64,000 bases of DNA from Tubiluchus corallicola (taxonomy: Eukaryota > Animalia > Priapulida). Shown here piece after piece: positions 51,621-64,000 of this stretch. Each line of letters begins with the position of its first letter. Position 1 is the stretch's first letter. The notes under the pieces are model-generated. The model searched no databases. It had not been told where the DNA came from and saw only the letters and a list, made by a program, of their open reading frames with translations. The position numbers and the translations under genes were made by a program. The stretch covers positions 186,001 through 250,000 of the forward strand of contig JAQGDQ010000200.1 in assembly GCA_030141605.1 (NCBI GenBank), written 5' to 3'.

Positions 51621-54600
51621 CGCAGTACCACCGTTGCTGCCGCCATCACTAGTACTACCACCGTCGCTTGAAGGTTGAGGACAGAAACATCTGAGAGGCT
51701 TGTGAAAAAAGCAACATTTCACCTGATTATCTTGCCACGTGTAATTTTGACTAGTTGGGTAAATTGCCCCTACAGGCATGAATATGGAATAGACCCCTGT
51801 GCTATACATGTTTCGTCTAGATCAACATTATACAGAAAGCGTTATAGTGGTAAATTAATGATAATTTATAACCCATAATTTTGGGAAAATATAAAAAAAC
51901 ACTAACCAATAATATACAGTGTAACTGCGTATATACTGTACATGTACTATCTGTTTATCGCGAAAAATGCAGTGAAGCTGTCACGCGAATGACCGACCAA
52001 ATGGACGCTGAGTCGACAGCCTGCCAGGCCGAATTTTATCGGTACAAAAAGGAGTTGCAGCTCCAAATGCATAATAACTTGAGCCTTGAGCTTTGCTAAA
52101 CTAACTGCGAACAATCGAGTGTCTAACGTATCTATTATTTCTGCCGTTTCAGCACATTAAACGACAACAACATTTCTTCAAATGTCAAGATGCCTTGTTC
52201 AGATTGTCACAGTTAAAAGGCCTACAATTAAAAATAATAACCGTACTTTTTATCAATAACAGTTATAACGTCTATAGAAAATGATTGCTGCAGGGAGTGT
52301 AATACAAGTAGTGCAAGAAAGAAAATAACCAGCCGAGGAAACTGAAACAGGACATCTGAAAAAGAGACGAGTGGAGCATTTACAGTGAAATCGATGATAA
52401 AGAATTTCAAAAGTCCAAATTTGTACTGCCCGTGGGGCAAGAAAAATAGTGCGGTTGTTGTGAATTCTTCGTTGTTATTTTGAAGCTTTGAAACAGCAGT
52501 GAGCTTTCTTGCTCAGTCTATTTGCATAATGTGTATTGCAGTTTTGACCCTAACCTACGATAACTGCTTTCGCTAGTTGCTAATTTCGAAAGGAAACCTC
52601 AGAGATCAAAATTCCACGGGAAAACCAAGATGTATCAGTACCCTCATTGTTTTACGCATGCGCACCATTCTTAACGAGAAACAGGTTAACAATAAATATA
52701 TTTATAGATAATTTTTCTAACTAAATTTTCAAAGCGCAAGCTGTGACCGGTGGACTAAATTTCACTTAAATAGTCTTAGTACGTAGCCATTTCAGAGTAC
52801 TCAATTCATGACCTTGATGACGAACCTCAAGAAAAATTACTGTATTTACTATATTCATTAAAAGTTTCAATTTAGTTCCTTAGTATATGGAAAATGTAAA
52901 TACCAGCTCATTTTAAAAAGTGTTTACAGCTTGTATATTTTTAATGGCTAGGATAGAAAGCTGATCATATTTCAGTTGCTTGGCTATATTGTATCCTTTC
53001 ACTTCAAAAAATCGATTTCATCTAAACCATGAAGCAAATATTTTCAAATTCAAATAAGTTTTTATAACCGGTTATATCTGTTTGAAAAAAAATTATTTTA
53101 ACATAGTTTAAATAAACGTTTGAAATATTTTAACAATTACACGTACGCCAAACCGTCAAATTGTTACTACTCAATTGAATATTATTAATGTTCGATTTTG
53201 AATACACAAGCTATGTTTTGTTGTAAGGGAGTAACGATTAAATGTTATGTCACAAACTTCATGTTATAGATTCCTGCATCCAAAACAAACGTTTCTATTG
53301 CTCACGCCAAAAAGAGAAACATGTTTTCTTGAATGTGATTATGAACTATCCATCCGAGAAATAAAAAAATTGCATTTATTTACTTGATTACGTAAAAATC
53401 TATTTGTACTATTTAGTATAACGGTTGCTGGTTGCACGCGCTATCAATTGCCGCAAAGTTTTCTGTAAGTAAATTTTGAAAGTGGTATTTAATCACCTTA
53501 CCTTGTTTACCCAATGCACACACATACACACAGCTCAAGCAGGCAACACAGTTCTCGCTTCTGGCGACAGAGATTATACATCGCTGTAAAATCATGCTTG
53601 AATGTTTCTCTTTTTCTGGTCAGCCCACTTTTACTATCATTACCTCTCCGCATGCTTTCGTGTATGTGTAGGTGATTCTGTAATACGCGTTGTGCATCAC
53701 TATCTTGCTGCCCAATTAAATGTCTAGTGATTCGAGTACACAATTATGATGTACTGCGGAAGCAAAATTAATTGTATCACGCATATAAATTTCACACATC
53801 GCTACATGCAGTGTTCCCCAAGTCCATAGAAGAGTTTGAAACGTCCATAATTTAATGTATTCAGTTAAATCTGATTAACAGCCGCATTTTAGACTATATA
53901 AAAAACTGTTAGATATTTTATTGCTGTACAAGTCGCGTGAATATTCATAATTTCATGAACTGAACTCATAATATTATAATTTCGTGAATTCTGTAATTTC
54001 ATTTCACAATTTCATATTTACAGATTTGAGCAGCACACCACAAACACTTACGAGAAAAAAACTTGTTTTGCTGCCGAAAATAAGGACTTTGACGAAGGTG
54101 TACCTCCACACAATTAGGTGTGACTCTTAACAGTTTCAAATCAACTAACCAATAACTTTAAAAATTCAAGGATTTGACTGTACCCACTACAGAGCTAAAT
54201 GGAAAAAGTTATAATAACCCCAAATGAGTAACGAAGGATAACAAATCATCAATTTCAGACATAGACATATGTACTCATTCAAGAGGGCTGCTATCACATA
54301 CCCCTGTCATAAAAGACTTCGGAAGAATCAAAACAACACGATTATAAGCGGTCCCGTTAAAATTGACTTCGGAAGAACTCAACTTTCTAGAGATTTACTT
54401 TAAACTGTGATCACGCTGGTTTTCAGCTAAAGAATATTTACAGTTTTTTTATTTTCTGCGTGTCATAAGGGTTTTAAATTAATGAGCAAGGCCGCGAAAA
54501 CTAAATTAGGAGCACGAGTTAGTGTAGATGAAATCAATACATCTATAGTAATGATTTTGGAAAATAAAATTGCTTGTTCACAATTTACGATTTTTTGATG

Positions 54601-57600
54601 GTCGCAGGGTCTTAATCAACAGTGCCCAAATGTTGATTTGAGCAAACACCATCAAGGTGTTGTTTTGTAACTGTAATATGATTTTCCATTAATAATGTGT
54701 CACAAAGAAGTAAAACAGCTAGTTTTTACAAAGAGACTCACACACAACAATAAAAGCCGAAACAATTAAAACACTGTAACATTTGAGACGGACGGAAAAC
54801 ATTGGTCCGCCTAGTAATTTCAAGTAATATTAATTCCTGATCTAGTAATATGGTGCCTGGTTTTTCAGATTGAATATATTTCCATACATGTTCTTATTTG
54901 GTTCTTTAAATCTAATTTGCATATTTTGAAACTACGTTTACTCTTGACATTCGCGCACGCAAGGCCACATTATTGGCCACAATACAAACACAAAAAGTCT
55001 TAAGAACTTTCAAAGAAATTGGAGACATGTATGCAGTCTGTCCCAGTCAATGGTCAGTATAATGATTGATGATAAGCGTATTCATCTATGTTCAGCTGTC
55101 AAATGGTGAAAATGCTGTCAACAGTTTTACTGAAATTCGTGTCCAATTCAGGTGACTCAAGGCCTTGAAAACTGTACGTTGCACATTTGATGACCCACTA
55201 TAACTCCTAAACAAATGGCATTTACATGTGCAAAATGAGAATGTAAACCATGATTGTTTTCAATCAGTAAACATAAAAAACAATTACATTTGTATTGTAT
55301 TTGTAAAAGACAAGGCTTTTAATTGCTAAATTTGTTTCTAAAACGTGAAACGTGTAAAGTTTAAAGTTTTAAACGTACGCAAACCTTTAAAAACTTTTAG
55401 AACTTTGAGGCCTTAGTAAAATGTTTCATAAACTTAATCCAACAGTTTTTCTGTTCTTTTAATGGCACTATACATTCAGGTCTCAATGTAAATAATAGAC
55501 AGAAACATTTATGGATTTTATGTTACTAATTTTTATCACAGACTTAAAAAAGATGATTTTTATATTGTCCAGCGCTATCTGTTCAGAAGAAATGCATATA
55601 TAAGAGACAAGCGAAACTTTGACACGTAGTATTTTTGGCAGTTTCTCTATAAACATATTTTGTTTAATTACTAAATCATGCTATTGTTGCTGTTTAATTT
55701 TCGTGGAAAATTAGAATGAAAATCTTTTACAGTGAAAGTTTTTTATAATTCCATTGAATATTTGACGTATCCAAAAACAGTTTTTTTGATAACATTTTTG
55801 CCGATAAAGGACTGCCTCGCAAAGATCAATCCAGAAACTGTTTCGACGGATTATACTATTTTAGCAAACGGTACCTTTTAATAGGATCTCCTTTGCAGAG
55901 GAACACATCCTGTTAGTGTGAAGATGAATTGAAAAGAAAAACTGCCCGAGGTCAAAATACAGAGAATCGCCCAAACAACCTGTATTTACGACTATTTCTG
56001 GTTTAGCTGTAATTGTAAATCAACCCACACACAAAAGCAGTACATGCTGTATTAAATTTAGCAATTATTAATTATCTTAACAGTGACTAAACGAAGGTGC
56101 AAGGGTTGTCAGCTGTAGAAGGCCAGAAAAATCACCACTGAACCTGAAAAATGAAGCAACTAAAAATTTTACAGCTAAAACAGAATTACTGTCATTGACA
56201 TTTGTAACCCAAATGCTTGCACGATTATTAACGGATTGAAAAAATGAAAAAGGTTAAGGATTAAATAGAAACGAAATGCGTTACCGTAACGGCATAAATA
56301 ACCGTAAAAAAAGACAAACAAATATATCATGTTTACAAGTGATAAAACTGAAGTGCACAACATTTTGAAGAACAAACTTTGATAGACTGGTTGAAACAAG
56401 TTTGACTTGAATCTTTGGTTGAAGGACCCATTGAACTCGAGACTGTGGATAAAAAAATATTACTCGGACAGTAGATGCGAAATTTGTTCTATATATATTT
56501 GTTCCCAGGCATAGGTTTAGATTTAGTAATTTAAATTTCTTAGAAAATGACAGGAATGACAGGAATCTTGAATTTAAGATAGCAGATGAAAAATCCGATT
56601 TCGTCAGTCGATGTAGAATCAGTTTTAATATAATCTTATAAAGTTTCATGATAATTCATTGTTGATTAACGTAGCTTTAGGCTTTTTTCGTAAATGATGT
56701 TATTGCCGCTATCTTGAACAAGATGGCAAATAAAAACCTGTCTCCCTAAGACAATCGATGCGCAATTTGTTTTAGCACATTTTATAAAGTTTCGTAAAGA
56801 TCCATTGCAAATTCATGGAGCCTTGGCTTTTTTGAATAGGTCATCCCCCAACAACAACATCCAGACGAGGAACGAGTACCTTGACCAAACATTAAAAAAG
56901 ATTAACGATTAGACAATAATGAAAAACACAAGATGGTAAACAAACGTTAAAGAAATGGCAATAAATATATCATGTGCACAAGTGACAAAACTGAAGTTAT
57001 TGTACTGAATAACCTTTGAAAAACACACACATAAACAAGCTGCCGTTACAGAGTTATGGCTTTACAAGTGTGACAGGATAAATAACCACAGATTAAAAAA
57101 TGCACTATCGGTCACAAAAACATTCCCTAAACGAACTCGTAGCCTTCCAACCGGGAAAGCATTTTTAAAAGAGACCAGCATCATCGCGTATCCTTATTTT
57201 CTCTCTTTCTAAAAGCTATAAATTTTCCTACCGTATAGGAAAACGTCCTAGTGGCGTTTAGTGGGGATCTTGGAGGGAAAAAGTTCTAGCGGCGTTTAGT
57301 GGGGATCTTGGAGGGAAATTTATAGCTCTTTGGAAAGACGAGAGTGTGTTTTTTTTACAAACGCCTCTACCAGGATGAAAGGTACGAGAATTTTTGTAGA
57401 AATGTTTTTTGAACGAGCCACAGTATAATGTACACAGTATCATGAAATAGTTGGCCCAATGCACTGTGAATTAATTGTTATGACATGAAATCTGGCTATG
57501 GATTCAGTTTGGGTCATTGTGTTCGACCTGTTGGTTATACCCAAGGTTACGTCTGCAGATAGGCCTACCGACTTTTATCTAGTGTATTTGTACTGGGCGG

Positions 57601-58029
57601 CCTTGGTGAGCTTAACATAATCTGTACGGCACAATCGTCTTGTTATTGTTGTCTGTGGTGGATCCAGAATGACCGAAAACACCTGCAGAATTGGTTACAA
57701 TCGGCTCCAATATTTCTTTAGAACAAACGTATTTTTGTAGCTTTACTTCGGTTTGATTAATCACCAATTCTTATTATATTTATTTATCGCAGTTTGACAT
57801 TCTAGCAATTAACTAAGTAAATATTTGGGAGGTAAGCAAGCAACAATACTGGCATGTATGCATGCAGGCAGGCAGACAGGCTAACAAATCATGATGCCAA
57901 AACATTAAGTAAATTTCAAGTGTGAAGTAGAATGACGACAGCAGTAGAATGAAGGCAGATGAAGACAGCAGTCAGGAAATTAATGTAAACACAAATGAGT
58001 GAACGGGTATGTAATCACTGAATTAACCA

Positions 58030-58150
58030 ACGAATAAACAAAGGAACGAACGAACGGACGAACAAACGAACGACCGAACGAGCGAAAGAGTGAGCGAATA
58101 AACGAACGAACGAACGAACAAACAAATAAATGAATGAATGAGTGGGTGAA
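58030..58150. repeat. Degenerate (AACG)n/(AATG)n tetranucleotide repeat
   Basis: aacgaacgaacggacgaacaaacgaacg...aatgaatgaatg. Confidence 0.85.
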
Positions 58151-59169
58151 TGACTTCACCAATGAACAAACGAGCAGTCGTAAAGGTAGTGACTCTTTTC
58201 AAACAGTGATAGCATCACTTTCACAAATTCGTATTGACGATTGCAAATGTAATCTGCAATTGTATAAAGTAATTTGTTCTCTCTGCCCTGAGGTTCTTGA
58301 CACGTAACTTGCCCCTGTAAATTACGAAGCTAACAAATCATGATTATAAAGGTGGCATGGTCTAGGCTATATTGCGATTTTTCTCCGCATGCAATAATTG
58401 ACCAGTAACATTAAAAACCATTGCGCCGGTCGAACGATTAGAGGTTGATGCGTGGGAAATGAATTCATTACACATCAGTGTGAACGTATAGCACGAGCAT
58501 CAACTTAACCAAGTGGATGTAAATGTCAGGGCGCATGTGTTTCCCCCGAGAAACAAAGTATAGCCACATGTTTAAATAATACAAGAAGAAAATGCGGATG
58601 AAAGCTAATTATTAATCAGTTTCCACTCGTATCTTCATGTCATATCATTTATCAAACAGTTATAAAAGTCCATCAATATGAGCAGAAAACCAGTGTTTAG
58701 TCTAGTCTTCAAAGGGTACGCTCTAATCTTCAAAACCTCGTATAGACGACTCAAGAGTAACTTTCATATACATTAAGCAATTCGCAAGTTTCCTAGGTAA
58801 GTGTGATTCTGCGTAGGCAGCAGCGTCACTAGAAAATTAGTGTAATTGTATTTTGCGCATTCGTGCTAGCTGATTTTCTAGTAATTATCGCATGAGGGAG
58901 CCACGATGTAATCAGTCCACAGCTGCTTCACTGAGTGGTGCTGTTTCGAACTGGAATACAAAGTCATTTTGATTCTGGGGTATCAGGAGCCCATAAGAAC
59001 TTGTTTACAGCCGAGCGGCCCTGCAAAAGAGTGGCCCAAATCATGAAACCTGCTTATTATGTTACCATATTTGATGTCAAAGAGTGTAAAGGGGCTTATA
59101 AAATAACTTAAACACTTTCTCACATATCGGTTTTCTGATCTGTAGTGCTCTTTACAACTCGTACTTCTC

Positions 59170-59462
59170 GATCACCTGGCATCCGGATTGCGACAGCGGA
59201 TGCGGAATAGATAAAATCGGTTTATATTATTTTCAATGCGCCCGTTTACGTTTAGCCTACGCATGCGTTTTTCTTTTTCTGCAGCCATTTCCTATTAATT
59301 TTTTTCCGCAGGCTGTTCCGCATTAGAAAATGCATCCACATCCGTATGCTATATAAACGCCACAAAATACGTTATTTTTCTGTCGCTATTTCCTATTGAT
59401 TTTTCATACGCAGCTATTCTTAGATGGAGGCATAACGCATTTCGCATGCCAGGTAAACGCCA
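59170..59462. mobile_element. MITE-like element with imperfect inverted ends and an internal ~100-bp duplication
   Basis: cctggcatccg at 59175 mirrors cgcatgccagg near 59443-59453; atttcctatt(a/g)attttt...cgcag occurs twice. Confidence 0.4.
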
Positions 59463-60026
59463 TTTTGTCTGTTGTTCCTAGGCCACTGTAGCTCTTTAAC
59501 AACTGGAAAAGGGGTCCTTAATTTTACACCATAAAACATTTATATGGTTACTATCGGTTGATTAGTTTTTATTGGCTGAAAAAACTCATTTATCCTTTCA
59601 CGGAAGTTATAACCACAAAGTAAATAATTCTTCTTACAAATAGTTAAAATACATGACATTTGTGCCAAAACAATAGAACTGCTCATTTATTTTGTGAATA
59701 AACAAATAGGTGCCTATTTATTCTATCTACTTCTTCTAGCATAATGAATACTGGAGAAGATTTTCTGCAGAAACTAGACGTCAGTAAAATAAGTAAGTTA
59801 TTAATTTATTTAAACAGACATAGGGCTTTGCCACTGAAATTTCTATCTACAATATTTCACTAAAAAGTTAGTATTAATACGTTAGTGCCAATAACACTTT
59901 AAACATGTAAGTAATACTAATAACTGTAACTATAAATAAATTAGTTAATGCTAATAACTTATCTAGACTAGACTTCAGAACATGCTGATAAACACGGAAC
60001 TATATTATCACAGAAAACAGTTGCGA

Positions 60027-60425
60027 CTATTTCTTTGCTTCTTCTCTCGCCTCCAGGGCCTCTGCGTCTCCAAGATGAAAGCCCAATTCCCCTGGTAGAG
60101 CCCGCGATTTTTCCAACTGATCTGCTGAATTATTCAAAGTTACTACTATCTTGTCACTTTCTGACGGCAGCTTTTCATCTGACTTGTCTTCGCTGCCTGA
60201 TGTGTTCACTCCTGACGCGTCAGACTCGTCCAGATTACTCCCTGAATTGTTAGATATTGACAAGAAAATGTTGATTATGATAACTTTCCGACACGCTCTG
60301 TTCCACGCGTCGTGTTGCAGCCGTGGCGGTAACGACACTGCTGGCTGTTGTTGACGATGCAGCTGCTGCCCTGCTGGGAAACACAAATGTGCGTTGATTG
60401 CAAGTAAAAAGCTGATAAATCTCAT
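60027..60425 (-). CDS. Probable coding exon or small gene, product unknown (132 aa from ATG 60425, or a terminal exon 60027-60241)
   Basis: GC-richer open frame ending ...GELGFHLGDAEALEAREEAKK*. Acceptors tttcag at 60436-60437 (10 nt before ATG, MRFISFLLAINAHLC) and aattcag at 60242-60243. Confidence 0.4.
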   Translation of the reverse strand: MRFISFLLAINAHLCFPAGQQLHRQQQPAVSLPPRLQHDAWNRACRKVIIINIFLSISNNSGSNLDESDASGVNTSGSEDKSDEKLPSESDKIVVTLNNSADQLEKSRALPGELGFHLGDAEALEAREEAKK

Positions 60426-63272
60426 GTAGTTGTTCCTGAAATAACACAAAATGCGATAATTTATTTAATGGCGTATTATAACGTTGACCAAAAGGTTATT
60501 TTGGTAAAAAAAAGAGTGAACGACTTTTTGATGAGTCACTAGGAAAGGTGAAAGACAAATAATCCTTTAAAATTGGAGTATTTCGCAACACGTTATGTAC
60601 ATGTAACATCAGAGTTCGACAAACAAATTAGACCGAGCACCTAAAAGTGTTTCATTTTACTACCCGAAGATGGCGTCAGCCATCATGTTTAAACAAATTA
60701 CGAATTGCTACTTCCAAGAGGGTAAAATAGCTCTCTGGTTAAAGTGTAACGCACATAAAAATCGTTTTAAACCAAACAGTTCCATTCAGAGAACCAAAAT
60801 GAGAAGAAGAAACGAGGGCAGTGTAGCAATTGAAAGGAGGAGGTAGAAGAAGATAGAGAAAAGAAGGCAAGAGAGGAGAGAAAAAGTAAAAAAAATTAGT
60901 CAAGTAAAAAATCCTGGAATCCTGTCAGAAATCGTGTTTCATACGTCAGTCGATCAATGAAATGTTAATATTCATGATGGCTGCAAAGATCAGCCCACTA
61001 TGTGGCCACAAAGATGGCTACATGGTAAATCAGAATTTTCGTAGTAAGCTGCAGCTTCAGCGAGAAATACAGATACTTAGATAGCATATTCACAGTTGTC
61101 ACACGAATGTCATATTCAAATAAGAAAAAATAATGAAATAATTTGTTTACTCTTACTATCCGTTATTGTAATTGATTAACTATCGCAATCGATCAACGAT
61201 AATTTACTATTTGTTTGTTTTTCTCAAATCTGACTCAGTGTTGCTGCAGGCTTCTCTGTTTATCAAAATGTGTGGTAAAAAGAACGCAGACAAAACTGCA
61301 CATATCATCAAACATAAATAATGTACAGAACTATTACAGCTGCAAAAACTTTAGCAACTTTACAAAACTGTATTTTAAAAAGTTCACTTACCACTTTTTA
61401 GTCATCTTTAACAGCGCAAAGTCAATATCCCTTTTTCTCAAACAAACGAACAAAAATTTAAGAAATCAATTTAATCCTGTACACAAAGTACTAGCTAAAT
61501 GAAATGAAATGACATGTATTCTTAATATTAGTAGCCCGTAGACAACTGCATTATCTGACTGACGTCAGTACGTTAAATTATTATTGAAATAATTTCTTAT
61601 CTTGACTGTTATTTTGACCTTGCAAAACAAGTTTGCATTAAACTTTGTACATCACGAGCAAAACTTAAATAAATTTACACTAGTACGCCTGACTCTGTCA
61701 TGAATTTGAAAAATCACAATTTGTTTGCAGTAACAATAACATTCTCATCTTCATCCTACGCTTTCTTCTAATGGCATTTTATCTCCACTTTTCTTCTACT
61801 ATGCAAACTGCGGTAGTGAGATTAAAAAGAGGAACAATATTACAATAAATAAAGCCACTATTAGTTTTCTAAAAGGCAAAGTGATAATTGTAACTTCATC
61901 CGAAATCAATTCGAGTATGATCAGGCACAAATTTCGTTTTTATCTGTGTTGGTGTCGCAATTGTTTCCGATTTATCAGACATTATTTTATTAACAAATCT
62001 AATATGCAACATGACATGTACATTTGAAGAGAAAACAAATTTGAATGTTAATAGGATTGGTTAACCGGTTCAGAAGAACCTATATTAAAACCTCTCCAAC
62101 AAAAGGTTTCACTGTTCAATATAGATTTGACAAACGTATGGTATTAAGTTTGTTTTGCCTTGATCAATATCAATAAAAGAGGAAAAAATATTGAATATGG
62201 TTGAATATCGAAGATGAGTAATGAAAGTAATATGAGATGATGAAAATTAGTGAGGTGCCTAGAGTACTTAATAATTTATAAAATACCACGATTATGGATG
62301 AACAAGATTGTCTGAATGATCTTGATTCATTAGATATGTCTCACAGATAATTTTTATATTTATATTTGCTGACGTCATTATGTGATTACAACTTATCTCT
62401 TTAAAGTCAAAATCTATTGCTGTTTGCCAAACGTAGTTCCTCGCCAAATCTATTACTCATAATTAACTTAGTTGATAACTTTAATTATGCTAATTTAATT
62501 TGGTTTAAACGCTTGGTTTGTGTAGTTTGACTGGTTTGAATTTTACTGTTAAATTTTCTGCATATGATTTATATATATTTTGCAGGTTCTACTTACACTG
62601 CCAATTCCGTTTGGTCATGGTATTTTAGTTCAATCAATGTAAATTTTTATATTCAGTACAACTAATTAATGAATTAGGCATTTGACATCAATATTAGACG
62701 GATTTTTGGAACCATATGCTCTGCTAACTCTGAATTTATTTCCAACCCACTGCAGCAATTACTATTATTGTTATGTGTGTATATATGCATTTACACACAC
62801 AAATATGTATGTATAATGTAGATGCACATGCACATATGTGTACATGCAATTATGCATACATTTATACATACATATGTATGTAAATATGCATATATTGAGA
62901 ATGTAATTATGACAGTATGAATAATATATAGATTTCTTGCTTACTGCTGCATGAAAATCGAGTGCTGATTGTTATAGCTTTCACAAACCCAATTATTTTG
63001 TGGATTTTCTTAAATTACTTTATAGTGCTTATCAACTTTACTTTTATTGTTGCCTCTTTTACATCTTACTTATATGTTCTGTTATTTTTTTGTTTATTTT
63101 TGATGAGACCAAATCTACAGGAGTTCAAATTAATTTCCTTTAACATCAATTTTAATTATTACACATCCTATCACAAAAATAAGCTGCTTAAATACAACCT
63201 GCTTATATACTTTTGTTTTAATATTATGAGTGAGGGGTGTACGCTTGGTGACCCATACGCTCTTTCTCCACC

Positions 63273-63273
63273 C

Positions 63274-63362
<89 letters not shown>
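63273..63362. repeat. (CT)n microsatellite
   Basis: About 45 CT units read directly. Confidence 0.97.
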
Positions 63363-63366
<4 letters not shown>

Positions 63367-64000
63367 CACTTAATTATCAAACAAATAAAATAAAATTTGA
63401 AAAATGTTAAAAATATGGGGCTGGCCACTAAAAACTTTTTTAAACGCATACCAATATAAACTAAACATAAAGCGACGATTCGAGTTTTGTTGTTTAATTT
63501 GTTTTTAATTGTTCTATAATTGTCTATTTTTGCCATGCTTTTCAGGCGTCTACGCGTGACAACATTCCGCTTAAGTAGAATGCCACTAACTAGCTCTCTC
63601 GCACACAGTTTAGGACAAAATTGGATTTGCGAAGGCATATTCGCATATAACGCCAACAATGGAATGTCAACCATATGAATATAAGAAATAACAATTAATT
63701 GAAAGTATGAACATTTAAAGTATTTTATTGTAGACTAGCATTAACTTCTCACTGTTTATAAAATTATCGTAATTTACGCAATAATTTAATTACATAAAAT
63801 ATTAAAATCAGCTGCACGAGAAACAGTATTGGCCATAGTACAGTATGAAGTCCCCAAAACATTGCATTGCAATACATACAATGTAAAAAAACCAAGTTTC
63901 AATGCATGAGTTTGGATCAACTGTGTTTGGATCAATTTTATCTTTAATTTTTTTCTCTCCGACCAAAAATAGCAAATTTTCCTGCTTTGATTCATACGTA

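Noticed and set aside
51247-51809. ORFs with poly-I, poly-S or poly-M tracts
   Set aside because: Translations of an (ATC)n microsatellite; no splice or motif support.
53497-53743. Possible minus-strand exon ending at aacaag|gtaagg (5' UTR of the 593-aa gene?)
   Set aside because: A good donor alone is insufficient; the short ORFs have no recognisable motif and it cannot be linked without transcripts.
60529-60577. tgatgagtcactaggaaaggtgaaagac as a hammerhead ribozyme
   Set aside because: Lacks the C of CUGANGA and a correctly placed GAAA after stem II; no stems I/III evident.
62962-63393. ORFs with SLSLSL / RERERE
   Set aside because: Artefact of the (CT)n microsatellite.

Overview
AT-rich, intron-containing eukaryotic DNA, most likely from an invertebrate animal; there are no prokaryotic operons, CRISPR arrays or rRNA. 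I stitched exons by hand at GT-AG junctions, checking reading phase, and recovered five or six genes. (1) The 5' half of a MOV10-like RNA helicase (minus strand, running off the left edge), with an extra basic SPKK-rich insert and a C2H2 zinc finger. (2) A complete 10-coding-exon asparagine synthetase (ASNS, minus, 561 aa). (3) A 3-exon DUF1647-like type II membrane, putative glycosyltransferase gene nested antisense inside an ASNS intron. (4) A complete 9-exon annexin (plus, 316 aa), divergent from ASNS. (5) A single-coding-exon 593-aa secreted low-complexity orphan (minus). (6) A probable exon or small gene near 60.0-60.4 kb. The rest is LINE fragments, a Helentron-associated (HINE-like) element, SINE/MITE-like repeats, hairpins and microsatellites. 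The most interesting signals cluster on ASNS: the nested gene, a 128-bp tandem duplication that creates a frameshifted decoy acceptor for the last exon, a start-stop uORF, and a bZIP/UPRE motif cluster upstream. Family assignments rest on my recollection of family motifs, not on database searches.
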